A DNA stretch of 64,000 nt from the human T2T-CHM13v2.0 reference genome, Homo sapiens (GCF_009914755.1 NC_060935.1), one strand, 5' to 3'. Shown: positions 36,640 to 50,567, counted from the stretch's first letter. Made by a program: numbers and translations. The notes: a model not told the origin generated them from the letters alone.

Positions 36640-37278
36640 GATAAAAATCTTAGCCTGTGGACATTCACAAGCCAGAATCTGTGGGAAATTAATGTCCCTA
36701 GGAGCAGCCTTCAATCCATGATGAAAGAAAGTTGGTGAATAAATACTCCAGCTTCTTTCCCTCTGTAAAGGAAATCACCCAGATATGTGTTCTCTGGGTT
36801 CATATAATATACTTATTTAATGGACACCTTTAACAGTAACTTATCTTGGAGTGTGACAGGCAAATTTTCTGGGAAAAAATCAATTTCCCTATTTCAGTAT
36901 TTCTTTTAACAAGGTTTGAAATCGTATATCTTAACACACAATGTTCCCAAGTTCTGTGATTAACATGCAAAGCTGTTAATCTCCTAGGGGTCCCCAGTAA
37001 GACTGAGCCCCAGTTGCACAAAATGCTAACTTACTTACTTTCACTCTCCTTCCTAGAAAATTATTTTTGTCCAAATGCTTATACTAGAAATGACCTACTT
37101 AAATAACAGAATATTGAAAAACGGTATGGAAAAGTTTGTGGCTTTGCTTTTAAAAGGGTTTATTATATGGTCTTGTCTTGGTTTTCTTCCCTTCATCCTC
37201 TTACTTTGGCCGCTCCCTTGCTGTTGCTTTCTAGGAATTACTTTTGGGTCAGTTTCTGGGGAAACACACCTGAAACAG
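36640..37278 (+). mobile_element. LTR16-family (ERVL) LTR interrupted by inserted sequence
   Basis: 'aatctgtgggaaattaatgtccctaggagcagccttcaat...gttggtgaataaatactccagc...gtgttct' [insert] 'ggggtccccagtaagactgagccccagttgc...gggtcagtttctggggaaacacacctgaaaca'. Confidence 0.75.
36799..36977 (+). repeat. Copy 1 of a ~180-bp local direct duplication
   Basis: Matches 37845-38025 with 6 substitutions and a 2-nt A-run indel (manual alignment). Confidence 0.97.
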
Positions 37279-37844
37279 TTTACCTAGGCTCTGAGTTAGT
37301 TATTTTTTTCAAAGGAAATCTTATGATCATCTCCGTACAGAAAACACATAGAAGCAGAGCTGTTATAATTGATCGGGTGAGAGATTTGTGTAGAGCTGGA
37401 AAGGACACCCTTTCTCAGCCTTTCTTTCTCTTTCCCCATCCCCAAACATCTCAGTAGGAGAAAGACATTTTTGGAAACAGTTTGAGAACCTCTGGACTAA
37501 ATGTTTTCTGTCACTTAAAAAAGTATCTCACTCTGTCACTGATTTTCTCTACCAAATATTGTATGCTAATGTAGCAGACATTTAGCATATGTAACAGTGG
37601 TACATTTATTTACTCTTTTCATGAATATATTATTTCCAAGAATCTGTGTCTGTTGTGACCAATACAATTTTCCAAAAGCAGCTATAACTTGTGCCTACTC
37701 CATATGCTATCTATTCCATAACTGGTTGAATTACACATGGAAGAGAATTGACTCAGTTAACCGTGATTCTTTGAATTAAGAGATTGTATAAATCCTAGAT
37801 AAAGTCAATTCTGTCTGAACTTTTTTTTTTCTAGACTGTGACTT

Positions 37845-38025
37845 TTCATATAATATACTTATTTAATGGACACACATAACAGTAACTTATCTTGGAGTGT
37901 GACAGGCAAATTTTCTGGGAAAAAAAATCAATTTCCCTATTTCAATATTTCTTTTAACAAGGTTTGAAATCATATATCTTAACACAGAATGTTCCCAAGT
38001 TCTGTGATTAACATGCAAAGCTGTT
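37845..38025 (+). repeat. Copy 2 (probable donor) of the ~180-bp duplication
   Basis: 'ttcatataatatacttatttaatggacac...acatgcaaagctgtt' in otherwise unique sequence. Confidence 0.97.
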
Positions 38026-38576
38026 TCTTAACAGCTCTCCCTCACTTTTAAAATGACATTGAGAGCTTAGAGGCGCTTGTTCTTAATTTTTAAACGTACT
38101 GATTTCATTGTGCCTGACACAAAGCAGAACATCTTTGCCATAATTACTATATAACAGTTATTTTTCACAAAGTTGTAATTTTCCTAAAATTAGCTGAACT
38201 GCCTCAATTATGTAAATTGAATTCCGAGACTTTAATGAGTGTATATGCAGGAGCACAATAGACTTTTATAGGGAAATATCAGGAAAAAAAATTCTCCATA
38301 TAATTTTCGCCTCACTTTTCATGAGACCAGGAAAAAGACTTCTACTGTTAGTGAACACATCCTCTTGTGGACAGCTGGTTGGTTGGATCCTTTCTCTGCC
38401 TTGTGCAATAAAGGAGATCGACCCAAAGCATCTAAGATTAGAATCCCACAGTTAGAAGGAAGCTCAAAGAGAGTTATGGGCCCCGGATGACCTCCATGCT
38501 ACCTTTAGGCAAGGTTAGGCTGTATCTTCATGTTGTATTTCCCCTCAGCAGAATATCCTCTTTCTCCTCACCACAA

Positions 38577-38888
38577 ACAGATGCTTCTCAACTCGTGATG
38601 GAATTATGTCTTGATAAACCCACTGTAAGTTGAAAATGTCTTAAGTTAGTCACTTAATACAACTAACCTACTGAACTTTATAGCTTAGCCTAGCCTACCT
38701 TAACTCAGAACACTTATATTAACCCACAGTTGGGCAAAATTATCTAACACAAATTGAATACCGTACTGAAAGTGAAGAACAGAATGGTTGTATGGGCATT
38801 CAAAATAAGATTTCTACTGAATTGCTTATATGGCTTTCACACCATTGTCAAGTCAAAAAATTGTAAGTAAAACAATTGCAAGTCTCTG
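38577..38888 (+). mobile_element. MER47A (TcMar-Tigger)
   Basis: 'cagatgcttctcaact...gataaaccc...atagcttagcctagcctacctt...acagttgggcaaaat...gtactgaaagtgaagaacagaatggttgtatggg'. Confidence 0.88.
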
Positions 38889-38894
38889 CTTTGC

Positions 38895-39386
38895 TCTGCT
38901 TATCTATTGCTGTGTAAGAAACTATGCTCTAAAATGTAGTGTTTTGAAGAATAATTTATTATCTTTCACGGTTCTGTGGTTAGATGGAGTAAGCTGGATG
39001 ATTCTTGCTTATGATCTCTCATGGAATATGGTCAGAGAAGAGCTGGGGCTGGAATCATCTGTAAGCTTGACCGAGCTGGAAATCCATGATGGCCTTCTCA
39101 CCCACATATCAGATGCCTTGGTGCTTCTCCTCATAGCCTCTGTCTCCATCAAAGTAGCTTGGACTTTTTTCCTGGCACATTGGAGCTCCAAGAGGAAGAA
39201 AGGAGAAACTGCCAGTTCTTTAAAAAAAAAAAAAAGGCCCAGAGCTGGCAAAGCACCACTGCCACCATATGCAGTTGTTCAAAGCACTTGCTGGCCAGCC
39301 TGGATTCAAAGGAAGGGGAATGGACCCCTCCTCCCTCATTGAGGGAGGAAGGTCAAAGAATTTGAAGCCCTCTTTAATCTGACACA
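38895..39386 (-). mobile_element. MLT1 (G/H-like) LTR
   Basis: 'tatctattgctgtgtaagaaacta...gctggggctggaatcatctg...gcctggattcaaaggaagggg'. Confidence 0.75.
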
Positions 39387-39869
39387 CCCCTCACTGAGCT
39401 GTTTGTTCTCTAGGTTTTGCTTGCTTGCTCTCTTTGTTTCTTTTGCTTATTCTTTCTTCCTCTTTGCTGGAAGATAAACTCACTTAAGTTGGCTTATTTC
39501 ACTGCTTACCATTTTATATTATGTTGATGCAAAAGTGTGCACCAACTTGTACACCAACCAATATATTTCAAACTCTCAGAGAAATTTTTCAGTTGGTTCC
39601 CTTCTGTAGAGGTGGTTACACACATCTCTTTTCTGACCATACCCACTTTTCATTGCTTGGCCTCTCCTCCATGGGAAAAGCTACTGCCTCATCTTCCTGC
39701 TTCCCTATCGCCCTGGGCCCTGCTTCTGTAGTCTCCAATACAACAACTTTCCTCCTTTCATTTAGGTGTGGTTACAGTTTCAGAAAGCTGTGCCTTTCAC
39801 TCTAGCATCCATGATTTTAAGATTATACTACACTAAATAGATGCATGTCTATTCAATAATATTAATAAC

Positions 39870-40035
39870 AGCACCAATTAACATTTATTGAGGGCTTATA
39901 TGTATCATAAGAGTTATAACAATTCACATGTATATATCATTTAACTCTTTAAAACCACCCTGTGAAGTAAATATTATTAGCTCCTTTTTCAGATGAGGAA
40001 AACAAGGAATGGAGAACTCAAGGATTAGCATCTTT
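39870..40035 (-). mobile_element. MIR
   Basis: 'acatttattgaggg...tcatttaactct..aaaccaccctgtgaagta...ttttcagatgaggaaa'. Confidence 0.8.
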
Positions 40036-40059
40036 AAGTGTATAGACAAATTATTTGTG

Positions 40060-42350
40060 TTCTCACTAGGTATGTGTGAAAGCTTTTGTTGCCCCACATT
40101 CTTCACAACATTGGTGTTGGGGCTGATCAATTTTTGCTAATCTTGAGAGTATGAAATTGCATATTATTGTGCCTTTATTTTCTATTTTTCCAAGTGCTGA
40201 TGAGGTTACATGTCTTTTCATACAATTGTTTGACCATGCTTGATTTCTCATCTAGAAAATGGCTGTTTATGTCTTTGTCCATTTTCCTATTAAAGTTGTT
40301 TTCTTATTGATTAATTGGAGTTCTTTATATATTCTTGATACTAATCCTTTTTAAAAAAATGTAGTTATTATATATGTTGCCAATATTTTCTTTCAAAGTG
40401 TGGCTTTTCTTTTCACTCTCTGTTTGGTGTTTTCTGATGAACAGATTCTTAGGATACATTTCTAATTGATTCCTACGTAATTATTGTGTTTTTTTCTTGC
40501 TGTTAAATTTAGTGTTTCTTTATTATTAGGTTGTCTACTTGTTTTGCAGATATGTGGAAATTCAATTGAATTTTAACTTTTAATCTTATGCCAAGAAATA
40601 TTCCTAGTCTCTGTATACACATATGCATACACACACATTGAAGGTGCTTGATATATTTGTGTGAATATTTCACCTGGGAATAATGGAGATTTGCTTCTTT
40701 TAAAATCTTTACATCATTTATTTATCCATTTCCCCTAATTGCATTACAAGGCACACAAGAAGGGCATATAAGAGAGGTGATAGTGAGTATTCTTGTATTT
40801 TCACCATAGAAGAGAGTGTTTTATTACATTTCATCATTATATTGCTTTCTAAAGAATTAATTTTAAGTTCCTTCATAATTTTTCTTTCTATGAATGAATA
40901 GATTTTTTAGTTTTATTTAATGATTTTTCTACACATGTATTGAGAACATTACATGATTTTTCTCCCTAAATTTTCTATTGTGGTAAAGCATGTGAAAATA
41001 TTCCCAGCATTGTATCCACCTTACATTTCTGGAATAAAATCAAGTTGGTCATGATGCCTTACTTTTTAATTTACATTGCTCGATTTGTCTTGCTAATATT
41101 TTCGTATTTATTGCATCTACATTTATGAGTGAGATTGGCTAAATTTTTCATTCTAATGTATTATCGAGTTTGGTGTCAAGACTATATGTAGTTTATAAAA
41201 TGATTTGAGCATTGTTAATTTTATTTTCTGGAAGAGTTTATATAAAATTAGAATCATCCTTGAATATTTGGTAGAATTATCATGTAAAAATCTTTGAGCC
41301 TGGAGTTTCCTTTGTGAAAAGATTTTTTAATAGGAAACTAAATTTATTTAATGTATATGGGACTATTTAAACATTTTATTTATTCTTGAATCAATTTTAG
41401 TATGTAGTATTTTTTTCTAAGAATTTACCATTTTGTATATGTTTTCAGGGTTTTTGCATAAAGTTGTATGTAATATAATGTAATCTCAATATCTGCTGTA
41501 TGTATAGTTAGGTTCCCTGTTAATTTTCACTATTGCTTAGTTTTCTTTTAGTCTTAATTAGTCTTGTCAGTTTGGTTTTTCTTTATAATGTATGATTTTT
41601 AAAATTTAAATTATTTTTGATTTTATTACTTTTTCTACTTCATTCTTTGGAGATTTTTTAACTTTTTAATATGGAAATTTAACTCATGAATGTTTAACTT
41701 TTTCTCTTCTCTGGAATAATTATTGAGGGTCATGCATTTCCCTTTAACTTTGTTGTACTAGTGGCATCTTAGAATTTTTTATATGAGCCCTTTTTTATCA
41801 TTCAGTTCAAATTTAATTAGTAAATTTTAAAAAATTTGAGTTACTTATAATACACTTTAAAAATAGAACTGTTTAATTTTTCAATGATTTATTATCCCTT
41901 TTATTGTAAAATTACAATGATTTAAAAAGCCATGTTAAAAATATGTAACTTAATAAAATAAAAGGCCAACACACTTTAAATCACCAACCAGATCAAGAAA
42001 TAGCACTCTGTCAGTCACCCAAGTCCCTCCATGTGCCTTTCCTCTTCCCCAAATGACCATTACCTTTTTATTAGTTATTTCCTTGTATTTTTTTTATAGT
42101 TTAAGCAACCCAGTTTGCAATACTAGACCATAATCTTGCCCATTTTATTAATTTACAGCTTCCTCTTCCTTCCCTTTCTTTTTGTTACATTTTGTCTGTT
42201 ATAGACCATGACTCATTTATCACAGTTAGAGTTTTCTCAATACATATTCTTGGTTCAGTATGCTAACAGTACATTCATGATTCTCCATTTTCTGTGTTTC
42301 CTGAAAATATGCAGCTGGATAAAGCTGTAAATAAGCAAATACCATTCTTT
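40060..42350 (-). mobile_element. Old L1 (L1ME/L1MC-type) fragments
   Basis: T-rich antisense L1: 'gccccacattcttcacaacattgg...tttatatattcttgatactaatcc...ttctggaataaaatcaagttggtcatgatg...ccagatcaagaaatag'. Confidence 0.75.
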
Positions 42351-42456
42351 CTGTATTTATCGCTGGAACACATGTACCATATTTTTTTGAAATGAGGAAA
42401 GTTTGGACTAGCTAGCTATTAGATAGCCTCATTATTCGATATATTGCTAATTCTGC

Positions 42457-42724
42457 TTTTTTTTTTTTTTTTTTTTTTTTTGGACAGAGTCTCACTCTGT
42501 TGCCAGCCTGGAGTGCATCTTGGCTCACTGCGACGTCTGCCTCCTGGGTTGAAGCAATTCCCTTGCTTTAGCCTCCTGAGTAGCTGGGACTACAGGCACG
42601 GGCCACCACACCCAGCTAATTTTTGTACTTTTAGTAGAGATGGGGTTTCAGCATGTTGGCCAGGATGGTCTCGATCTCTTGACCTCATGATCTGCCCATC
42701 TCGGCCTCCCAAAGTGCTGGGATT
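42457..42724 (-). mobile_element. AluS (Sc-like), 5'-truncated
   Basis: Poly(T) then Alu body ending at 'aaagtgctgggatt'; short repeat ctgctttt on both flanks. Confidence 0.92.
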
Positions 42725-43899
42725 GCTGCTTTTTAAATAAAATAACCAGCAAAATGTTACAAGTTTTCCTCTCCTTGGCTGTTAGTTGGTGTAATTGCCA
42801 GTAGATACATTTTTAAATTCTTCCATATAAAAAAAATTACATCAATAATAAATGTAAAAAAAAGTCTATGACTTTTAACTCCTAACAATTTTAGGGAGTG
42901 AAGGACATGTGAAATGTCTCTTAGATGACTTTAGATCTCCTAGACAGGTCTTGTTGATTTCACCCTTGGAAAAATGCTTCCTTTCTTCCATTAAAAAGCT
43001 GTCACTGAACAGACTCTTCCTCTAGTAGCTGCGTAAGCTTCACATGGCAAAAAGTCTTGTGTTCCTTGACTTGGTAAAGTTAAAGAATAAGAAGCCATAT
43101 TCTTTTCTTTCCTATATCAGAAGAGACCTTTAAGATAATGATCTCCCCTTTAATATCTCACATATGTATTAAGAGAAAACCCAATAGATCTTTGACTATT
43201 TGTAAACTTTATAAACCATATACAGTTAGTAACAAAACAGATAGATGGTATTAGCAGCCCAGGGTATCCACCTAACCCTGTTGTGAGGGCATAACATATT
43301 CCTTCTAATGCTGCTTTTATCTGGTGAAAATTTTTGGTAATTCTGAAGGAGTTAATTGGAATTGTAAGAAAACAAGAGTTCAGAGAATCTTTTGATTACC
43401 TGGTTCAGCCTCTTCAATTTAGGCAATTAAAATGGCATCTTCAATTTTGGGGCTTCATTTTTCTTTTAACTTTTCTCTAATATTTTGGAAAGAACTATAA
43501 ATGAATAGAAAAATATTATGCAGATGAGAAGCAAAATCATTCTGGTTAAAGTTCTCCATGGGAACAATTTAGAAATTGGAAATCAGGCAATAAATATTTT
43601 GGTAATGGTAGAAAATCAGTTTTATAGTGATGTCTGATGAGACCCTGGAACTTTTAATTTTTCTTAGTTCTGGGTTCTTCCATGAATTCATCACTATTCT
43701 TCAGGTTGAAAATTATTTAGAAATAGAACTTAGGAATAGACTTGTATATTTTGATACTGTTCTTAAACTTTCCAGAAAAACAAGTAAGCTGGGATATGAT
43801 TATGATTTCTGCTTTCCTCTGTGATTCATATTTTACTCTTTATATGGTTTTACTCTTTAGGACATTGGACCTTTAGAAGAAACTCAGTCAATACCATCT

Positions 43900-44397
43900 A
43901 CAGTAGATTAACAAGGAGCACAGACTTTTTGCTTATCCTACTGTTGAAAGATGGTGATTCTCTTTCCCTTGAATCTAAGTTCACCTTAGAGATTTGCTTG
44001 ATTATAAAATGCTGCCGTGGAATATTCTGGAACTTCTAAGGCTGGTTCATAAGAACTCTTACAGCCTCCATCTGGGTCTTTTGGAACACTGGGCTCTTGA
44101 AACCCAGCCATAATACTGTAAGGAAGCCCAACCAGCCCCAGGGAGTGGACCCTGGCCAACAGCCCCACGTGAACTCCCAGCTGACAACTCCCACCAGCTT
44201 GACAGCCATGTAAGTGAGCCATCTTGGAAATGTATTCACCAGACCAGCTGGGCTGCTGATGCCTCATGGGATTGAGATGAGCACACCCTGTTAAACTCTG
44301 CCCAGAGTATAAAGTTGTGAGACAAAAATGTGATTGTTTTTATTTTAAGCCACCAAATTCTGGGTGATTTGTTATATAGCAATAGGTTACAAAACAG
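43900..44397 (+). mobile_element. MLT1G/H-like LTR
   Basis: 'tttcccttgaatct...aacttctaaggctgg...cagccatgtaagtgagccatcttgga...ttttaagccac...ttgttatatagcaatagg'. Confidence 0.85.
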
Positions 44398-44654
44398 CGT
44401 GCATATCCTGGCCTGATTTCTGAGTAAATATAACAATAAAACAAATAAGTCAGAGCAATAGAAACCCAAAATATTATTGTGATTTTCAGTAGTAGCTAAG
44501 TGGAGATTTGTCTTAGTTTGAGAGCCAGTGTTAGTTTGCTGAGACCATTGTGTTCTAAGAATTTGGTACTGTAGTATTTAGGGACAAGACCTCCTTATGA
44601 AAACCGGAGAGGCATGTTAAAAGCAGTGCCCTCTCATAATGAGTAGCAGTTATA

Positions 44655-44850
44655 AGCAGCTGTTGAGTTCAGACAAGATTTGTTCTGAAGCCTGGCTCTG
44701 CAACTTAATAGGAATGTGTACTTGATCAAGTAACGTAACCTCGCTAAGCTTCAGTTTCCTTATCTATAAAATGGGGATAATAATGGTACCTAATTTATTG
44801 GGTCTAACACATAGTTAGGACTCAAAAGAGTGTTTCTATTATTTGCTACT
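44655..44850 (+). mobile_element. MIR
   Basis: 'gcctggctctgcaactta...gcttcagtttccttatctataaaatggggataataatggtaccta'. Confidence 0.85.
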
Positions 44851-46784
44851 ATAGGATGCTAGTAAAGATATTGTTTAACATATGCTTTATGTTAAAGTCA
44901 TGTGAGATCTAAAGGAGATCTAAAGTTATCTGAGAGTCACATGTCCTTCACTCCCTAAAGCATTAAGACGTGCTTAACATATTAAGCATGTGGAATTCTG
45001 AAAGGAAAATTGAGAGTAAAGTACCATAGACCTAGCCTGGTTATTATTATTTATTGGATTCTTGTGAGCATACTTTCGATATAAAAGGTTGTGATCACAA
45101 TAAAGTCAAGGCTGTCTTTCAGGAGATATGAGTGTGGTGAGGAAATGATGGATTTGTACAGATATTAGTCTACTATTGCCTTGTTATAAAGAAATACCTG
45201 AGACTAGGTAATTTATAAAGAAAAGAGGTTTAATTGGCTCATGATTTCACAGGCTGTACAGGAAGCATTATGGCTTCTAGGAAGGCCTTAGGAAACTTTC
45301 AATCATGGTAGAAGACTAAGGGGAATCAGGCACGTCTTACTTGGCCTAATCAGGAGGAGGAGAAGAGTTGCGGGAGGTGCTACACATTTTTAGACAATCA
45401 GATCTCATGAGAATTCTATCATGAGAAGAGCACCCAGAGGGAAATTTGCCCCCAAGATCTAATGACCTACTACCAGGCCCCACCTCCAACATTGGGGATT
45501 ACAATTTGACATGAGATTTGGGCTGGGACACAGATCCAAACCATATAATTCTGCCCCAGGCCCTCTAAAATCTAATGCCCTTCTCACAATTGCAAAATTC
45601 AATCATGCCTTCCCAATAGTCCCCAAAAGACTTAACTCATTCCAGCATTAACTCAAAAGTCCACAGTCCAAAGTCTCATCTGAGACAAGGCTAGTCCTGC
45701 CTATAGCCTGTAAAATAAAAAGCAAGTTGGTTACTCCCAAGATACAATAAGTGTACAGGCGCGCTGGGTAAATATTTCCATTTCAAAAGAGAGCAATCAG
45801 CCAAAAGAAAGGGATTACAGGCCCCATGCAAGTCTAAAACCCAGCAAAGTAGTCATTAAACCTTAAAGCTCCAAAAATAATCTCCTTTGACTCCATGGTC
45901 CCACATCCAGGGCACAGTGATGCAGTGGGTGGGCTCCAAGGCCTTGGGCAGCTCCACCCCTGTGGTTCTGCAGGGCTTGGTCTCCAAGGCTGCTTTCAAA
46001 GGCTGGCATTGAGTGCTTGTGGCTTTTTGCAGGCACGTGGTGCAAGCTGTTGGTGGATCTACTGTTCTGGAGTCTGGAGGACAGTGTCCCTCTTCTCAAA
46101 GCTCCACTAGGAAGTGTCCCAGTGGGGACAGTCTATGGGGGTTCAAACCCCATGTTTCTCCTCTGTATTGCCCTAGTAGAGGTTCTCTGTGAGGGCTCCA
46201 CTCCTGCAGCAGATTTCTGCCTAGATACCTAGGCTTTTTCATACATCCTCTAAAATCTAGGCAAAGGCTCCCAAGCCTTAACCCTTGCACTCTCCGCACC
46301 CTCGGGCTTAATACCAAGTGGAAGCCACCAAGACCTATGGCTTGCACCCTCTAAAGCAGCAGACTGAGCTGTGTCTGGAGCCCTTTTAGCCACTGCTGGA
46401 GCTGGAACAGCTAGGATGCAGGGAGCAGTGTACTAACTGAGGTGCAGGGCAGTGGGACCCTGAGCCTTGCCCAGGAAACCATTCTTTCCGCCTAGGCCCC
46501 GAGGCCTGTGATTGGAGGGGCTGTCTCAAAGATCTCTGACATACCTTCAAGGAATTTTTCCCATTGTCTTGGCTATTAGCAGTTGCCTTCCCTTCAGTTA
46601 TGTGAACTTCTGCAGCCTGCTTGAATTCCTTCCCTGAGAATGAGTTTTTCTTTTTTTACCACATTGCTGGACTGCAAATTTTTCCAAACTTTTATGCTCT
46701 GTGCTCCTTTTAAATATAAGTTCCAGTTTCAGATTATTTCTTTCCTCACACGTATAAAGTAGGTTATTAGAAACAGCCAGGCTA

Positions 46785-47398
<614 letters not shown>

Positions 47399-48330
47399 CA
47401 GCCGGGCTAAATCTTGAATGCTTTGCTGCTTAGATACTTCTTCTGCTAGATACTCTAAATCATCATTCTCAAGTTCAAAGTACTATAGACCTTTAGGGCA
47501 GGGGCACAGTGCTGCCAATTGCTTTGCTAAGGAACAAAAGTGACCTTTGCTCCAGTTCCCAATAAGTTTCTCATTTCCATCTGAGACCTCCTCTGTCTGG
47601 ATTTCATTGTTCATATCACTATCAGCATTTTGGTCACAATAATTTATCAAGTCTCTGGGAAGTTCCAAATTTTTCTTCATCTTTCTCTCTTCTTCTGAGC
47701 CTCCGCACACTTCCAACCTCTGCCCATTACCCAGTTCCAAAGTCACTTCCACATTTTCAGGTATCTTTATAGCAATGTCCTACTTCTTTGTACCAGTTTT
47801 CTGTATTATTTCATTATTGTATTGCTATAAAGAAATACCTTAGACTGGGTAGTTTATAAAGAAAAGAGGTTTAATTGGCTCATGGCTCTGCAGGATATAC
47901 AGGAAGCATGATGGCTTCTAGGAAGGCCTCAGGAAACTTTCAATCATGGTGGAAGGTGAAGTGGAAGCAGGGACATCTTACATGGCTAGAGCAGGAGAAA
48001 GAGAAGGGAGGAGGGAGGTGCTATACACTTTTCAACAGCCAGATCTCATGAGAGGAAATCGACCCCCATGATCGAGTCACCTTCTACCAGGCCCCACTTC
48101 CAACATTGAGGATTACAATTTGGCATGAGATTTGAGCAAGGGCACGGGTCCAAACCATATCAGTTATGCATCTCCATGCAAAAAAAAAGCAGTATAATAA
48201 ATATACGTTTACTCTAATTCTCCCAGACCACCAGACTTATTAGGAACATTAAGATATCTTAATACATTGGATTACCAAAAGTCAGAAATGCAATTAAGGA
48301 AATATGATATAAGGTTTATTGAGATACAAT

Positions 48331-48352
48331 TGTGTGTGTGTGTGCACGTGCG
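48331..48352. repeat. Short (TG)n tract at the truncated THE1 LTR end
   Basis: 'tgtgtgtgtgtgtgcacgtgcg'. Confidence 0.8.
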
Positions 48353-50567
48353 CATTGCTGGGGGGGCCTCAGGAAACTTACAATCATGGCAGAAGGCATA
48401 GCAGGCACCTTCTTCACAAGGCAGCAGGACGGAGTGAATGAGTGCAAGCAGGGGAAGTGCCAGATGCTTATAAAACCATCAGTCTTGTGAGACTCACTCA
48501 TTATCACAAAAACAATATGGGAGAAACCACTGCCATGATCTAATTACTTCCCACTGGGTCCCTCCCATGACACATGGGGATTATGGGAACTACAATTCAA
48601 GATGAGATTTGGAAGGGGACACAGACAAACCATATCATTCTACCCCTGGCCCCTCCCAAATCTCATGTCCTCACATTTCAAATTCAATCATGCTTTCCCA
48701 ACAGTCCCTGAAAGTCTTAACTCATTCCAGCATTAACCCTCAAGTTCACATCCAAAGTCTCATCTGAGACAAGGCAAGTCACTTCTGCCTATGAGCCTGT
48801 AAAATCAAAAGCAAATTAGTTACTTCCTGGATACAATGGGGGTACAAGCATTGGGTAAGTACACTAATTCCAAATTGGAGAAATTGGCCAAAACAAAGGG
48901 GCTACAGGCCGCATACAAGTCTGAAATCCAATATGGCGGTCAAATCTTAAAGCTTTGAAATGACCTCCTTTGACTCCATGTCACACTTCCAGGTCACACT
49001 GATGCAAGAGGTGGGCTCCCATGGCACTGGGAAGCTCCACCCCTGTGGGTTTGCAGGATACAGCTCCTTTCCTGGCTGCTTTCACTGGCTAACATTTAGT
49101 GTCTGTAGCTTTTCCAGGTGCACAGTGCAAGCTATTGATGGATCTACCATTCTGGGGTCTGGAGGATGGTGGCCCTCTTCTCACAGCTCCACTAGGCAGT
49201 GCCCCAGTGGGGACACTATGTGGGGACCCTCACCCCACATTTACCTTCTGCACTGCCTTAGCAGAGGTTTTTATTAGGGCTGTGCTCCTGCAGCAAACTT
49301 CTGCCTGGACATCCAGGCATGTCCATTCATCCTCTGAAATCTAGGCGGAGGTTCCTAAACCTCAGTTCTTGACTTCTGTCCACCTGCAGGCCCAACACCA
49401 CAGGAAAGCTGCCAAGGCTTAAGGCTTGCACCCTCTGAAACAATGGCCTGAGCTGCATGTTGACCCCTTTTAGCCACAGCTAGAGCTGGAGTGGCAGTGG
49501 CTGGGACACAGGGCACCAAGTCTGGAGGCTGCACAGAGCAGCAGGGGGCCCCTGCGACTGGCCCACTAAACCATTTTTCCCTCCTAAGTCTCTGGGCCTG
49601 TAATGAGAGGGGCTGCTGTGAAGGTCTCTGACAATCCCTGGAGACATTTTCCCCATTGTCTTGGTGATTAACATTTGGCTCCTCATTACTTATGCAAGTT
49701 TCTGCAGCTGGCTTGAATTTCTCCCCAGAAAATGGGTTTTTCTTTTCTACTGCATCATCAGGCTGCAAGTTTTCCAAACTTTTATGCTCTGCTTCCTCTT
49801 GAACACTTTGCCACTTAGAAATTTCTTCTGCCAGATACCCTAAATCATCTCTCTCAGTTTAAAGTTCCATGGATCTCTAGGGCAGGGGCAAAATGCTGCC
49901 AGTCTCTTTGCTAAAGCATAGCAAGAGTCACCTTTATTCCAGTGCCCAACAAGTTCCTCATCTCCATCTGAGACCACCTCAGCCTGGACTTCATTGTCCA
50001 TGTCACTATCAGCATCTTGGACAAAGCCATTCGACAAGTCTCTAGGAAATTCCAGACTGTTTTCATATCTTCCTGTCTTCATCTGGGCACTCCAAACTGT
50101 TCCAACCTCTGTCTGTTACCCAGTTCCAATGTTGCTTCCACATTTTTGGGTATCTTTACAGCAGTGCCCACTACTGCTGGTACCAATTTACTGTATTAGT
50201 CTGTTCTCACACTGCTGTAAAGAAATACCTGAGACTGGGTAATTTTTAAAGGAAAGTGGTTTAAATTGACTCATGGTTCTGCATTGCCAGGGAGGCCTCA
50301 GCAAACTTACAATCATGGCAGAAGGCAAAACAGGCACCTTTTTCACAGGGCAGCAGGATGAAGTGAGTGAGTGCAAGCAGGGGAAATGGCAGATGCTTAT
50401 AAAACCATCAGATCTCATGAGACTCACTCATTATCATGAGAACAGCATGGGAGAAACCATTGCCATTATCCAATTACTTCCCTCAGGTCCCTCTCATGAC
50501 ATATGAGGATTATGGGAACTACAATTTAAGATGAAATTTAAGTGGGGACACAGCCAAACCATATCAC
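48353..50567 (-). mobile_element. THE1D-type MaLR provirus: truncated LTR (~48353-48637), internal region, LTR (~50192-50567)
   Basis: THE1D-like 'caggcacctt.ttcaca.ggcagcagga.g.agtga.tgagtgcaagcagggg' in both LTRs; ~1.55-kb THE1-int with the typical decayed ORF (ENLQPDDAVEKKNPFSGEKFKPAAE). Confidence 0.93.

Noticed and set aside
38830-39342. 170-aa plus-strand ORF with hydrophobic stretches
   Set aside because: It spans the MER47A end and an MLT1 LTR, includes an A-run (KKKK) and has no recognisable domain, so it is a chance ORF.
49355-50082. THE1-int ORFs (140 aa and 80 aa), and MST-int ORFs at 45.8-47.7k
   Set aside because: These are decayed MaLR internal ORF fragments broken by frameshifts and stops, not a host gene.
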